64,000 nucleotides of DNA from Paraspadella gotoi (Eukaryota > Animalia > Chaetognatha): the NCBI GenBank assembly GCA_051294375.1, contig CM119271.1:12183620-12247619 (forward strand), written 5' to 3'. Position 1 is the first letter of the stretch. Each line of letters begins with the position of its first letter. The position numbers and the translations under genes are program-made. Positions 24,971 through 40,179 of the stretch are shown here, in pieces. The notes under the pieces are model-generated. The model was not told where the DNA came from. It made no database searches and worked only from the letters and a program-made list of their open reading frames with translations.

Positions 24971-26112
24971 TCCCAGACCGATATCCCAAAAGGAAATTTT
25001 GAGAGATTTTGGCCTCGTGACCTTTCGACCGGCACTGCAAGGTGACCCTTCTCTAGCACGGCAAAATGATCAAAGTTGACCCTTTTCTGGTACCGCAAAG
25101 TTGACCCTTTTCTGGTACCGGAAAATGACATAAGTGGGGAACGGGAAAAGAGAAAAGATCTTGGCACCGCTCAAAGAAACTCGACCTTCGCTCAGCGACC
25201 TGGCATCGCAAAACGATCCAATCCCGGCATCGTAAAAAGGTATTGATTACGGCGCCGCGAAAAAGAGGGCTGGTTCCACCTTAAATTTTTGGCCATATTT
25301 TCCGATTGTCCCTCATTTAGATTTTTAATTTTTAAACTTAATTTTAATCTTAAAATATATATTAATTCTTTTCCTAAAAGTTTACAATTCTTAACCCTTA
25401 TCTCCAATTTTAACCTAATCCTAACCCGAATCCCTAATTTCGATCCTTAATCACTAACCCGAATCCCTAACCTTATTTTCTATCCTTAAACCCTGACCCT
25501 TATTTCAACCTAAATTTCATTAAACCTCTCACCAAAAGCCCAACAACAAACTAAATTCTAAATTTAAAATGAAATGGGAAGCTTTTGGAAAAAAGGGCTA
25601 ATTTGAAATGGGGAGCTTTCGGGAAAAAGCGCCAATTTGAAATGGGCTTGCGGAAAAAAAGTTCAATTTGATTCCCTTTTTTTAAAAAATTTTTTTCTTT
25701 AAATTTTCTTTTGTTCGACTCGAAGTTTCTTTTGTTTTCGGTTTTTGAGATTTTCGTCTATGAATGAAAGGGAAATAGACAAAAGGGAATGAGAAAAAGG
25801 GAAAGGAAATGGACAAAAGGGAATGAGAAAAAGGGAAAGGGAAATGGACAAAAGGGAATGAGAAAACTGGAAAAGAACTGGACAAAATTTTATGAATTAG
25901 TAAATTAAATGAAAAAGGAAAGCGGGAGAATTTAAAAAAGAAATATTTTTTAAATGTAAATAAAACATCAAACGTTTTAAAACTTATCATTATATAACCG
26001 TAATCATTCAGCAAGAAGCGGTTCCTGATCGGCTTACGATCCCGATTGGCTGAAAATCTCACGCTTTCTGGATAAAGGAGATGTTTAAAGAAAGAAATCT
26101 CACTACGGTTTG

Positions 26113-26147
<35 letters not shown>

Positions 26148-26213
26148 NNNNNNNNNNNNNNNNNNNNNNNNNAGAGGAAAGAGAGAGAAAAATGGATGAA
26201 TAAAAAAAGAAAA

Positions 26214-26292
<79 letters not shown>

Positions 26293-27239
26293 AGAAAGAA
26301 AGAAAGAAGAAGAAAGAAAGAATCAGAGAAAGAAAGAAAGAAAGAAAGAATCAGAAAAAAAGAAAGAAAAAAAGATTCAAAGAAAGTAAGAAGAAAGAAA
26401 GAATCAAAGAAAGAAAGAATCAAAGAAAGAAAGAAAGAAAGAAAGAAAAAAGTATCAAAGAAAAAAGAATCAAGAAAGAAGAAAAAAAGAAAGAATCAAA
26501 GAAGAAAGGAAGAATCAAAGAAAGAAAAAAAGAAAGAAAGAAAGAATCAAAGAAAGAAAAAAAAAGAAAAGAAAGAATCATAGAAAGAAAGACAGAAAAA
26601 AAAATCAAAGAAAGAAAGAAGAATCAAAAAAGAAAATATCAAAGAAAGAAAGAAAAAGAAAAAAGAAAGAAAAAAGAATCGAAGAAAGAAAGAAAGAAAG
26701 AAGGAAGGAAGGAGTAAAAAGTGTTTATTTCTTAAACATTAATGAAGTATCCTTGTTTGGGTTTCCGCCGATCGGCTTTCATTGTCGAGGTTCGTCAGTC
26801 GTCACCTTTGCCTTCCGACACGAACTCGGGTCACTACGGTTTGAAAGAAAATTAAGTTGGTTTTTGATTTGTAGTAAAAATTTTTTTATAAATATTGTAT
26901 TAGTTAATCTACTATTTTTTTTACTTTATATAGAGAATCATATATTGTATATTCTCTTTCAGTTTGTTGTGTTTGAGATTAGACAAAATAAAGTAACTAT
27001 TGATTTAAATTACAATGGTAAAATTAATAATCGTTAATTTTACCATTGTTGTTTAATCACTATTTACTTTATTTTATTTAAAGAATCATACCTAATTATA
27101 TTTGTTCTATTTGCAGAAGTTATTAATGTTAAATTTTGATAAAAACTAATAAAAAAATATAAAATGATTAAATAATATATTTTAAATATTTTAATAAAAC
27201 AATAAAAATTTTTGTTAGCTTTTTACAAAAATTTATTTA

Positions 27240-27295
27240 TATTAGTTCTCGGACATGTTTCGACTCTTTTTGAGTCTTCATCAGCGTTTACAATA
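27240..27295 (-). ncRNA. Copy of the 6150 hammerhead inside the inverted duplicate of unit U
   Basis: Reverse complement of 6150-6205 (ggacatgtttcgactctttttgagtcttcatcagcg). Confidence 0.75.
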
Positions 27296-27610
27296 TTTAA
27301 TATTTTAAAAACTTAAAATGGTAAAACAAAATTTTAGTAAAAGCCTTTAAACATTTGTTTTAAAAATATGTTACCTTTAAAATTGGAATAACAAATATAA
27401 AAGTGTATACCGTTTTAAATCTTACATTTTTAACATTTAGTATAAAAGTTTTAAATAAAACAATTTTGATAGTAATTAAGAATATTGTTATATATTGGAA
27501 CTTATTTCAAAAAGAAAATCCAAAAAATATTTTAACCGTAGTGTTGAGAAATGAATAAATCCTCATCATTGGTTCGAAACTCGACGGAAATCTCAGTTCT
27601 TCTCTTCTCT

Positions 27611-27677
<67 letters not shown>

Positions 27678-27983
27678 GGGGTTGAACAGAGAGAGAGACA
27701 GAGCGAGAGCGAGAGCGATCAAAACGCTCGAAGATAACGTCTGCGACTTTGACCACGAAATTATCACGATTTTACTTTCGATCGATCGCCAGTCAATGCC
27801 CCCGCCTCTCTCTCTCTCTCGTCTCTCCTCTCTCTCTCTCCCTCTCTCTCTCTTCTTTCTCCTCTCTCTCTCTCATCAATTTATTTTAGTCGGAAAATAT
27901 TTATCGTCTTTAAGAAAAAATCCTGGTTTTAAATTTTTTCCCATTTTTTTTGTCATTTAATTTTTTACTATATTTAATTTCTA

Positions 27984-28016
<33 letters not shown>

Positions 28017-28019
28017 CTC

Positions 28020-28054
<35 letters not shown>

Positions 28055-29079
28055 CGAGGTATAACTGGTTTTAACGTTTTCTCCGAAATTAATATTTTTT
28101 ACCTATTTCGAGAAGAAAGAAAGAAAGAAAGAAAGAAGAAAGAAAGAAAGAATCAGAGAAAGAAAGAAAGAAAGAAAGAATCAGAAAAAGAAAGAAAGAA
28201 AAAAAGATTCAAAGAAAGTAAGAAAGAAAGAAAGAATCAAAGAAAGAAAGAATCAAAGAAAGAAAGAAAGAAAGAAAGAAAAAAAGTATCAAAGAAAAAA
28301 AGAATCAAAGAAAGAAAGAAAAAAAGAAAGAATCAAAGAAGAAAGGAAGAATCAAAGAAAGAAAAAAAGAAAGAAAGAAAGAATCAAAGAAAGAAAAAAA
28401 GAAAGAAAGAAAGAATCATAGAAAGAAAGACAGAAAAAAAAATCAAAGAAAGAAAGAAAGAATCAAAAAAAGAAAATATCAAAGAAAGAAAGAAAAAAGA
28501 AAAAAGAAAGAAAAAAGAATCGAAGAAAGAAAGAAAGAAAGAAGGAAGGAAGGAGTAAAAAGTGTTTATTTCTTAAACATTAATGAAGTATCCTTGTTTG
28601 GGTTTTCCGCCGATCGGCTTTCATTGTCGAGGTTCGTCAGTCGTCACCTTTGCCTTCCGACACGAACTCGGGGTCACTACGGTTTGAAAGAAAATTTAGT
28701 TGGTTTTTGATTTGTAGTAAAAATTTTTTATAAAAATTGTATTAGTTAATCTACTATTTTTTTTACTTTATATAGAGAATCATATATTGTATATTCTCTT
28801 TCAGTTTGTTGTGTTTGAGATTAGACAAAATAAAGTAACTATTGATTTAATTACAATGGTAAAATTAATAATCGTTAATTTTACCATTGTTGTTTAATCA
28901 CTATTTACTTTATTTTATTTAAAGAATCATACCTAATTATATTTGTTCTATTTGCAGAAGTTATTAATGTTAAATTTTGATAAAAACTAATAAAAAAATA
29001 TAAAATGATTAAATAATATATTTTAAATATTTTAATAAAACAATAAAAATTTTTGTTAGCTTTTACAAAAATTTATTTA

Positions 29080-29135
29080 TATTAGTTCTCGGACATGTTT
29101 CGACTCTTTTTGAGTCTTCATCAGCGTTTACAATA
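29080..29135 (-). ncRNA. Copy of the 6150 hammerhead (duplicated segment)
   Basis: Same sequence as 27240-27295, within the 28112-29960 tandem re-copy. Confidence 0.7.
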
Positions 29136-29442
29136 TTTAAATATTTTAAAAACTTAAAATGGTAAAACAAAATTTTAGTAAAAGCCTTTAAACATTTGTT
29201 TTAAAAATATGTTACCTTTAAAATTGGAATAACAAATATAAAAGTGTATACCGTTTTAAATCTTACATTTTTAACATTTAGTATAAAAGTTTTAAATAAA
29301 ACAATTTTGATAGTAATTAAAAAATATTGTTATATATTGGAACCTTATTTCAAAAAGAAAATCCAAAAAATATTTTAACCGTAGTGTTGAGAAAATGAAT
29401 AAATCCTCATCATTGGTTCGAAACTCGACGGAAATCTCAGTT

Positions 29443-29480
<38 letters not shown>

Positions 29481-29639
29481 TTCTCTCTCTTCCTCCTCTC
29501 TCTCTCTCTCTCTCTCTCTGAAAAGGGGTTGAACAGGAGAGAGAAGAGCAAGAGCGAGAGCGATCAAAACGCTCGAAATAACGTCTGCGACTTTGACCAC
29601 GAAATTATCACGATTTTACTTTCGATCGCCAGTCAATGC

Positions 29640-29715
<76 letters not shown>

Positions 29716-29857
29716 TCTTCTATCAATTTATTTTAGTCGGAAAATATTTATCGTCTTTAAGAAAAAATCCTGGTTTTAAATTTTTTCCATTTTTTTTGTC
29801 ATTTAATTTTTTACTATATTTAATTTCTATCTCTCTCTCTCTCTCTTCTCTTCTCTC

Positions 29858-29904
<47 letters not shown>

Positions 29905-30264
29905 GTACCGAGGTATAACTGGTTTTAACGTTTCTCCCGAAATTAATATTTTTTTACAACTAAATTCGAGAAAAAAAACATTTCGTGTTCGATTATAAAA
30001 AAGAAAAATAATTTCGTCGCCAGCGAATCAAAGATTTTAATTCAGATCAAAGAAAAAAATATATTAACCGAAAAAAGAAAGGATTTAATTTTTTTTTGAA
30101 ATCGAAAACCTTAACGACACAACCGTAGCTTTTGGAATTTATACATCTAAACCTTTTAAAGAATTAAAGCTAAAACGCTAACCTCGCAAGGAATTAAACA
30201 TCAAATTCCTCACGAAATGAGAATGGACGAATATTATCGACCCAGATAGTCGCAACTATTTGCA

Positions 30265-30490
30265 ACATACTCACCACGCCTATGACACCTTCAGTCGTGG
30301 TTCAGTGAGTAATATCGTCATCCCAAGACCATCAGATACCGGGATCGATCCCCAATGGTACCTACCCTGCGGACGTAAACCGCCTTGGGTGTCTGGAAAA
30401 CCTTCAAGCCTGGTTCCAAGCCCAGGAGCCTTTCCGTTGCTGCTGAGGGAGCATAGAAGATTTAGTCTTTAGCCCCACTTAGTGTTTTAT
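30265..30490 (+). mobile_element. Diverged second member of the A/B-box repeat family (inverted copy about 31655-31870)
   Basis: tgacaccttcagtcgTGGTTCAGTGAG...taccgGGATCGATCCC...accctgcgg..gtaaaccgcc..ggaa..cc.tcaagcctggttcc is shared with 22820-23070. Confidence 0.5.
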
Positions 30491-30974
30491 TCACAAAACA
30501 AAAACCTCACAGCCAAACAAAACAAAAAAACAAAAGCAAGAAACAACGACAACCAAATTCACAGTCACACTTTTCTACCAACCATTTCCTCTTGAAATTC
30601 CAGTGAATTTTCCTCAATATCGTTTTCACAATAAATCTCAACTCTCACAGATATAGCCATCGTCTGCCATTCACGACTGACTGACCCCATCCACAGCCCG
30701 ACACAACCGACAACCCGACACAACCGACAATCCGACACAACCGACAATCCGACACAACCGACAATCCGACCCACTCAATTTACCCCCATAGTGACGCAAT
30801 ACATTTTCTTTTCTCCATCCGGACTCACGGATGGACAGACCGACCACCCCCCTTCCTCTTAATCCCAAACATTTACTTCCAGTGTTATTCGATATTTTTT
30901 TATTTTTTTTATTTTCTCGGTCGNNNNNNNNNNNNNNNNNNNNNNNNNAGAGAGGGAGAAGGAGAAGAGAGCAG

Positions 30975-31054
<80 letters not shown>

Positions 31055-31094
31055 GACCGATAGAGAGGAACAGAGGGGGAGAGAAAGGGAAACC

Positions 31095-31126
<32 letters not shown>

Positions 31127-31136
31127 GAGGAGAGAG

Positions 31137-31174
<38 letters not shown>

Positions 31175-31176
31175 CG

Positions 31177-31210
<34 letters not shown>

Positions 31211-32242
31211 ACAAGGAGATTACGATCAGCGACCGAAAAAATAAAAAAAATAAAAAAATATCGAATAACACTGGAGTAAATGTTTGGGATTAAGAGGAAG
31301 GGGGGTGTCGTCTGTCCATCCGTGAGTCCGGATGGAGAAAAGAAAATGTATTGCGTCACTATGGGGGTAAATTGAGTGGGAGTCGGTTGTCGGTTGGTGG
31401 GTCGGTTGTCGGTTGTGTGGATTGTCGGTTGTGTCGGTTGTCGGGGCTGTGGATGGGGTCAGTCAGTCGTGAATGGCAGACGATGGCTATATCTGTGAGA
31501 GTGAGATTTATTGTGAAAACGATATTGAGGAAAATTCACTGGAATTTTCAAGAGGAAATGGTTGTAGAAAAGTGTGACTGTGAATTTGGTTGTCGTTGTT
31601 TCTTGCTTTGTTTTTTTTGTTGTTTGGCTGTGAGGTTTTTGTTTTGTGAATAAAACACTAAGTGGGGCTAAAGACTAAATCTTCTATGCTCTCCTCAGCA
31701 GCAACGGAAAGGCTCCTGGGCTTGGACCAGCTTGAAGGTTTTCCAGACACCCAAGGCGGTTTACGTCGCAGGGTAGGTACCATTGGGGATCGATCCCGGT
31801 ATCTGATGGTCTTGGGATGACGATATTACTCACTGAACCACGACTGAAGTGTCATAGGCGTGGTGAGTATGTTGCAAATAGTTGCGACTATCTGGGTCAG
31901 ATAATATTCGTCCATTCTCATTTCGTGAGGAATTTGATGTTTAATTCCTTGCGAGGTTAGCGTTTTAGCTTTAATTCTTTAAAAGGTTTAGATGTATAAA
32001 TTCCAAAAGCTACGGTTGTGTCGTTAAGGTTTTTCGATTTCAAAAAAAATTAAATCCTTTCTTTTTTCGGTTAATATATTTTTTTCTTTGATCTGAATTA
32101 AAATCTTCGATCGCTGGCGACGAAATTATTTTCTTTTTTTTAATCGAACAACAGCGAAATGTTTTTTCTTTCGAATTTAGTTGTAAAAAAATATTAATTT
32201 CGGAGAAAACGTTAAAACCATTTATCCTCGGTACGAGAGGAG

Positions 32243-32307
<65 letters not shown>

Positions 32308-32417
32308 GAAATTAAATATAGTAAAAAATTAAATGACAAAAAAAATGGGAAAAAATTTAAAACCACGGATTTTTTCTTAAAGACGATAAATATTTTCCGA
32401 CTAAAAATGATTGAGAT

Positions 32418-32467
<50 letters not shown>

Positions 32468-32634
32468 AGAGAGAGAGAGGGGGGGCATGACTGGCGAATC
32501 GAAAGTAAAATCGTTGATAATTTCGTGGTCAAAGTCGCAGACTGTTATCTTTCGAGCGTTTTGATCGCTCTCGCTCTCGCTCTGTCTCTTCTCTCTCTGT
32601 TCAACCCCTTTTCAGAGAGAGAGAGAGAGAAGAG

Positions 32635-32700
<66 letters not shown>

Positions 32701-33005
32701 AACTGAGATTTCCGTCGAGTTTCGAACCAATGATGAGGATTTATTCATTTCTCAACACTACGGTTAAAATATTTTTTGGATTTTCTTTTTGAAATAAGGT
32801 TCCAATATATAACAATATTCTTTAATTACTATCAAAATTGTTTATTTAAAACTTTTATACTAAATGTTAAAAATGTAAGATTTAAAAACGGTATACACTT
32901 TATATTTTGTTATTCCAATTTTAAAGGTAACATATTTTAAAACAAATGTTTAAAGGCTTTTACTAAAATTTGTTTTTACCATTTTAAGTTTTTAAAATAT
33001 TTAAA

Positions 33006-33062
33006 TATTGTATAACGCTGATGAAGACTCAAAAAGAGTCGAAAACATGTCCGAGAAATATA
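33006..33062 (+). ncRNA. Copy of the 6150 hammerhead with small indels (GAAAAC), probably read error
   Basis: ctgatgaagactcaaaaagagtcgaaaacatgtccgag in the right arm of the 31 kb palindrome. Confidence 0.6.
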
Positions 33063-34068
33063 AATAAATTTTTGTTAAAAGCTAACAAAATTTTTATTGT
33101 TTTATTAAAAATATTTAAAATATATTATTTAATCATTTTATATTTTTTATTAGTTTTATATCAAAATTTAACATTAATAACTTCTGCAAATAGAAAAATA
33201 TAATTAGGTATGATTCTTTAATAAAATAAAGTAAATAGTGATTAAACAACAATGGTAAAATTAACGATTATTAATTTTACCATTGTAATTTAAATCAATA
33301 GTTACTTTATTTGTCTAATCTCAAACACAACAAACTGAAAGAGAATATACAATATATGATTCTCTATATAAAGTAAAAAAAATAGTAGATTTACTAATAA
33401 ATATTTATAAAAAATTTTTACTACAAATCAAAAACCAACTTAAATTTTCTTTCAAACCGTAGTGACCCCGAGTTCGTGTCGGAAGGCAAAGGTGACGACT
33501 GACCGAAACCTCGACAATGAAAGCCGAGGATGAGAAACCCAAACAAGGATACTTCATTAATGTTTAAGAAATAAACCTTTTTACTCCTTCCTTCCTTCTT
33601 TCTTTCTTTCTTCTTCGATTCTTTTTTCTTTCTTTTTTCTTTTTTCTTTCTTTCTTTGATATTTTCTTTTTTTGATCTTTCTTTCTTTCTTTGATTTTTT
33701 TTTCTGTCTTTCTTTCTATGATTCTTTCTTTCTTTCTTTTTTTCTTTCTTTGATTCTTTCTTTCTTTCTTTTTTTTCTTTCTTTGATTCTTCCTTTCTTC
33801 TTTGATTCTCTTCTTTTTTCTTTCTTTCTTGATTCTTTTTTTCCTTTGATACTTTTTTCTTTCTTTCTTTCTTTCTTTCTTTGATTTCTTTCTTTCTTTG
33901 ATTCTTTCTTCTTTCTTACTTTCTTTGAATCTTTTTCTTTCTTTCTTTTTCTGATTCTTTCTTTTCTTTCTTTCTTTCTCTGATTCTTTCTTTCTTTTTC
34001 TTCTTTCTTTCTTCTTTCTTTCTTTCTTCTTTCTTTCTTCTTTCTTTCTTTCTTTCTTTCTTTCTTCT

Positions 34069-34100
<32 letters not shown>

Positions 34101-34131
34101 TTTTCTTTTTTTATTCATCCTTTTTTCTCTC

Positions 34132-34176
<45 letters not shown>

Positions 34177-35314
34177 CTCTTTTCAAACCGTAGTGAGATT
34201 TCTTTCTTTAAACATCTCCTTTATCCAGAAAAGCGTGAGATTTTCAGCCAATCGGGATCGTAAGCCGATCAGGAACCGCTTCTTGCTGAATGATTACGGT
34301 TATAATAATGGATAAGTTTTAAAACGTTTGATGTTTTTATTACATTTAAAAAATATTTCTTTTTAAATTCTCCCGCTTTCCTTTTTCATTTAATTTCTAA
34401 TTCATAAAATTTTGTCCAGTCTTTTTCCAGTTTTCTCATTCCCTTTTTGTCCATTTCCTTCCTTCCTTTTTCTCATTCCCTTTTGTCCATTTTCCTTTCC
34501 CTTTTCTCATTCCCTTTTGTCTATTTCCCTTTCATTCATAGACGAAAATCTCAAAAACCGAAAACAAAAGAAACTTCGAGTCGAACAAAAGAAAATTTAA
34601 AGAAAAAATTTTTTTAAAAAAAGGGAATCAAATTGAACTTTTTTTCCGCAAGCCATTTCAAATTGGCGCTTCTTTCCCGAAAGCTCCCCATTTCAAATTA
34701 GCCCTTTTTTTCCAAAAGCTTCCCATTTCATTTTAAATTTAGAATTTAGTTGTTGTTGTGGCTTTTGGTGAGAGGTTTAATGAAATTTAGTTGAAATAAG
34801 GGTCAGGGGTTTAAGGATAGAAAATAAGGTTAGGATTCGGGTTAGTGATTAAGGATCGAAATTAGGGATTCGGGTTAGGATTAGGTTAAAATTGGAGATA
34901 AGGGTTAAGAATTGTAAACTTTTAGGAAAAGAATTAATATATATTTTAAGATTAAAATTAAGTTTAAAAAAAAAATCTAAGAATAGGGACAATCGGAAAA
35001 TATGGCCAAAAAAATTTAAGGTGGAACCGGCCCTCTTTTCGGCGCCGAAACCTTTTTGCGATGCCGGATTGGATCGTTTTGCGATGCCAGGTCGCTGAGC
35101 GAAGGTCGAGTTTCTTTGAGCGGTGCCAGATCTTTTCTTCTTTTTCCCGTTCCCCACTTATGTCATTTTCCGGTACGAAAAAGGTCAACTTTGGGTACCA
35201 GAAAGGGTCAACTTTGATCATTTTGCCGTGCTAGAGAAGGGTCACCTTGCAGTGCCGGTTCGAAGGTCACGAGGCCAAATCTCTCAAAATTCCTTTTGGA
35301 TATCGGTCTGGGGA

Positions 35315-35352
<38 letters not shown>

Positions 35353-38300
35353 ACGACGACGAACGTAGCTACGAGACCTTTCAATTTCGATTCGTTTCAA
35401 TTCCGTTTGAGACGTCGTCGTCGTCGTCGTCGTCGTCGTCTTTGTCATCTTTGTCGTCGTCGTCGTCATCGTCACGTCAACGTCCTCATCTATTTTCTTT
35501 TATCCCCACTCATTTTCCGCTCGGAGTGATTTCCAGAGGCCATTTTTGTGATTTTCCATTTCGGTCTTTGAGGCCAATAATCCTCGCGCTGATCCTCTAG
35601 TGGCCGCTACTTTAGAGGCCGCTCCTTAAGAACCGCTTCTATAGTGGCCGATCCTTTAGAGGCCGATCCTTTGGAGGCCGCTCCAAATAGAGGCCGTTCC
35701 TTTGGATGTCGCTTTTCTTGTGGCCGCTCCTTTAGGAGCTGCTCTTCTAAAGGACAATCCTTTTGAAGGCCATTCCTTTGAAGGCCGCTTCTCTAGTGGC
35801 CACCTCTTTAGAGACCACTCCTCTAAGACGCCACTCCTTTAGGAGGCCGCTCTTCTAAAAACTGAAGCATATCATCATTCGAATAGAGAGAGTGTGGAAT
35901 GTTAAAAAATGTGTAAAAAACTGAATCGTCAACTATGTTAAACTATGTCAACTATGTTCACATGTGTAATTTTATTGTTAATTCATTTTACTTTTTTAAA
36001 ATTGTAGTTACATACATACATACATTTGCATTTTTATTGTGTTAAACTTTTTACATTTTTATTGTAATAAATTCAAATTAATGTGTTGGCTTTCAACTCA
36101 TTCTCAACCAACTAAAAATTATTATTGCATATGATATGTATTATTTAGTAATGAACTAGTAGATTTACCTCGTTCATTCGACGGAAACGAAAAAACGTAA
36201 AACTTCTAACGCGAATTTTATTACGATAGTGTTACGCGAATGGAAACGCAGTGGTGGAACTGCGGAGATTGACAGACCGACAAAGAGTGAATAACGAAGA
36301 CAATTGACGCTTAAAACTCGTGAACTTCACGTGAACGACAAAAAATGTGAAACTAACGAGAATTTCTCTTTTGGTTTCATTCGTTTTTTTTCTCTCTTTT
36401 TCACACATTTTCTGTGAACTTGATATCACGTATCACGTAATTTTTGTCACTTACATTTCCGACTTACTTGTTCGACGACCAGTTCATGGTCTCGTATTTC
36501 AATCGGGGCGATTCACAATCACTCGTTCTCGATTCACCACAGCATACTGACCTTCCCCACTAAGGCGGGCCAGATTTAATATTTTTTACAATATGACAAA
36601 AGTCTGGCAATAAAGTATTTTTCTTTTTACAACCAAATCGACTTTGATTGGTTTAGATTTTTAATAAAATTAATTTTCCACATGCATGTGAAGCAATTTT
36701 AATATCTACAATATTTAAGAAATGCTTAAATATTTTTTTTTCGGGAATTAAATTTTAAAATGGTTTTTAAAAATGATAAAGAATTAAAAAGTTTAAGAAA
36801 AGGTTATACTACAAATTTTCAAAATTTTATACGGATAAATGGTGCTAAAATTAGAAAAAAACCTTGAAAAAATTATCATCATCATCATTCATCATTCATT
36901 AAATTTTATAGTTTTTGTTAATTTTATAGATGAATCTATAAAATTTCAAAAAGTTTTAATAATAACCTTCATCTAACTTTTTAAAGCTTTATTGCAGAAT
37001 CCGTTAAAAAAAATTTAAAATTTATTAAAAAAAATTTTACATATATATAGTATTTGGATAATATTAAAATAGCTTCCATGCGTTTCACTATAAGATAAAT
37101 CTAAATTTTTTTTTGTTTTATTTTTTACAGATCTTTATAAACCCTATAATAACCCCTGTCACGGTCTTAACTGCGCCCCCCCCCCCTCCTCCGAGGCCTT
37201 GTCCCCCTTATTGACACTCCCCAGTCCCCTGAAAACAGCTAAATGGGCTGAAGAACATCTATCCGTCAACTTCTATAGCCCCTTCTAAACAGCCTCTCGG
37301 AACCAGGCTTGAGGGGTCTTCCATGCCCCCTGAGGCGGTTTACGGCCCTCCCTCAATGAGTCCTCAACGTTTCCGCAGGTGTTAACCACGAGGGATCGAT
37401 CCTGTACCTATTGTCATGAGTTTGATGGATTATCTCAACGAGCCACCGGGTTTACGACTGAAGGTTGTCAAGCTTATATGGTCGGGCTGAACTTAAAGCA
37501 ATGTCCTTTTTCCCTGGCAACCTCCCCTGGACTGACCGCTTCCTTGTCCCCCCACCTCCCCCTCAGCGCATTCAGGTCACGCCCCTTTGACGGATCACAT
37601 CTTCCTATTTTCGCGTCGACATTTTTTTGTTTTTTTCTCTTTGCGCTTTTGAGTTCAAAAATTTCACCCTCGAGAGAATCTGACGTCGAGCCGGGCGCGT
37701 GAAAGTGGCGCGTGAAAGGGCGCGTGAGAAGCCGCAAAAAAGCGCGTGAAGGGACTTGAGGGGCGCCTAAGCCACACAAAAAGCGGGTGAAAGGGCGCGT
37801 GGAAGGCCATGAATAGGCGCATGAGGGCACGTAAAAGGGCGATAGGGCTCATGAAATGCGTAAAATTCTCTCTCTCTCTCCCCGACATCGAGGTCGCGTA
37901 AAGTAAACAAGTCCAACTCTGAAAGTTTCGCTTCTTAACCTCTTTCGATTCACGATTAGAATTTAGATCAATTTAGGTTGGAACATTCGGAGCGAATCTT
38001 TCTTTTGATCGCATATTCGTTGATATCTTTTTCGAATGGAAGCTTGCACATTTAGAGCGCATATTTCTTTTATTGCAACGAAAGAAATGTGCGAGCGCAT
38101 ATTTCTATGATCGTATTCCTTTCCAATAAAGATCCTGTTTTTTTTTCCAGTTTTTTCTTCTTTTTTATAGAACGAATCTCTATTTTTTGTGTCAACATTT
38201 TTTTTACCCACGTTTCAAAGAATATATATTTTTATAATATATAAATAGAAAAACGTTAATTTTATACGTAATAAAGTCACAAATAATGTCCACGGTCCAC

Positions 38301-40124
38301 TATAGCCAATCCCAAACTTACTACAAGGAAAGATAACTAATAATATCGAACAATTGTATATTTTTTACACTAATATACTATAACCTACAAAATTATAAGG
38401 AATATCGTTTTTCTTTTGTTTATTTTCGTCTCTCGAGCGCTTCTGTCGGTCATTTGCGTTTTCTTTAGGCTTATATTTTTTTTTATTTTCACTAAGTTAT
38501 ATTTAGTAGACGTAAAATTCAAATTCGCTCGCAACTTATTATTTTTTATTTCACTTTGAAAAATTACTTTCCAGGGATTTTGTTTTTTCTTAACATTTTT
38601 TCTGTGACAGATTTTCCATTTGTGGTTAATTTCAAAATTAATTTGTTTTTTTCTTAGGTTTAAAGATTGCGATATAGGGTTTAAGGATAGCTTTAGGGCG
38701 ATGAATTATGAATTAGGTTAGTGTTTTGGTTAGGGATTAGCGATTAGCGATAAAGATTAAGAGTTGGTTTAGGGAATGGGGTTAAAGATTAGATTAAATA
38801 TTAAAAAAGAGATCGAGCTTAAATAACAGAAACGGGACGCTTTCAAAAAATAATTCCATTTTTGTCTTCCAATTTTCCTTTCCATTTTTTCCCTCATTTT
38901 TTTTCTCTGTTTCAATTTTCTGTTTGTTTATTTTTTTTATTCTTCGTTGATTTTTCTCCCGAAATTCGAAGAAGTAAACAAGTTTGTTTCTTTACAAATT
39001 TCCGACTTTTGAAATTCGAGGTCGAATTTTTCTTATTTTTTTTATCTAGACAGAAAATCCTTTAACTTTTTTCATCTTTAACAATTTTATTTTCTTTTCT
39101 TTTCTTTAAATCGTAGGTACATACTCATATTTGTACAGCTTATTACGTAACAATAATAAACAATAATAAAACGTACTGGGTTAAACTTTGATCATTAATA
39201 AATCAAATCAAATGTTTTTATTTCATTTTTTCCGTTTTTTCCTTATTTATTTCGTTTTCTTTTTTTTTTCCATTTTCCTATATTTTTCCCCTTTTATTTC
39301 TTTATTATATATTATTAATTACTCTTTCAGGCCAAAACAATTCTCCTCGTATATGTTTTGGTTACGGGAATAAAAAAATCAATAAATCATATATTTCCGA
39401 AGTTAAATTGAAAAGTTTCTAGCGGCGGCTGCAGCGGCGGCTGCAGCGGCGGCTGCAGCGGCGGCAGCAAGTTTTTTCCAAAATCGACGCCTCTGTTGCT
39501 GTTGTTGTTGTTGTTGTTGTTGTGTTACGTCACCCGTTAGCCGACACAATCTCGCTCAGCGCGCGACTCTCTTTCTCTGTCTTTTCGGACTTAAGCTGAT
39601 TTTTCTGCATTTTCTCGTCTTCGTCGTTGTCGTCGTCATCGTCGTTGTTATCGTCGTCGTCGTAGTCATCGTCGTCGTCTTCGTTTTCGTCATCTTGGTC
39701 GTCGTCGTCGTCGTCGTCGTCGGCATCTGGAAGGATTTTTCCCGCCAAACGAAGCGACATCTGGCTTTTTATTTGGTCAGTGGTCGCGAGAGGCGAGGTC
39801 AGTCAAGGAAACGCGACCGCGTGAGTAAAATTGTATTGTGTTTTTAATAGAATTAGCTATATAAATTATTTAACAAATATATTGATAAACAATTAAACAA
39901 TCATGTACTCGATTATCATTCCGCAATGTTTACGTCGGGGGGGTGGGTGGAATCGTGCCATACGTGTAACGTGGCCAACGGAGCGAGAGAGGCGATAAAT
40001 ATTTGTTCAATGGCTGAAACTTGTTTTGCTTGGAAGCTCGGAAGCAAGCTCGGAAAATTGACTAGAAAAATCAAGATGATATTTCACGGTCAAGAGCAGG
40101 TTTCATTTCTGTCTCTGTCTTTTC

Positions 40125-40179
<55 letters not shown>

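Larger units (their letters stand above)
22430..37860. repeat. Large palindrome centred on the 25-N gap and GA run (30924-31229)
   Basis: 31230-37860 is the reverse complement of 30923 back to about 22430; the left arm carries an extra copy of about 1.8 kb. Confidence 0.9.
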
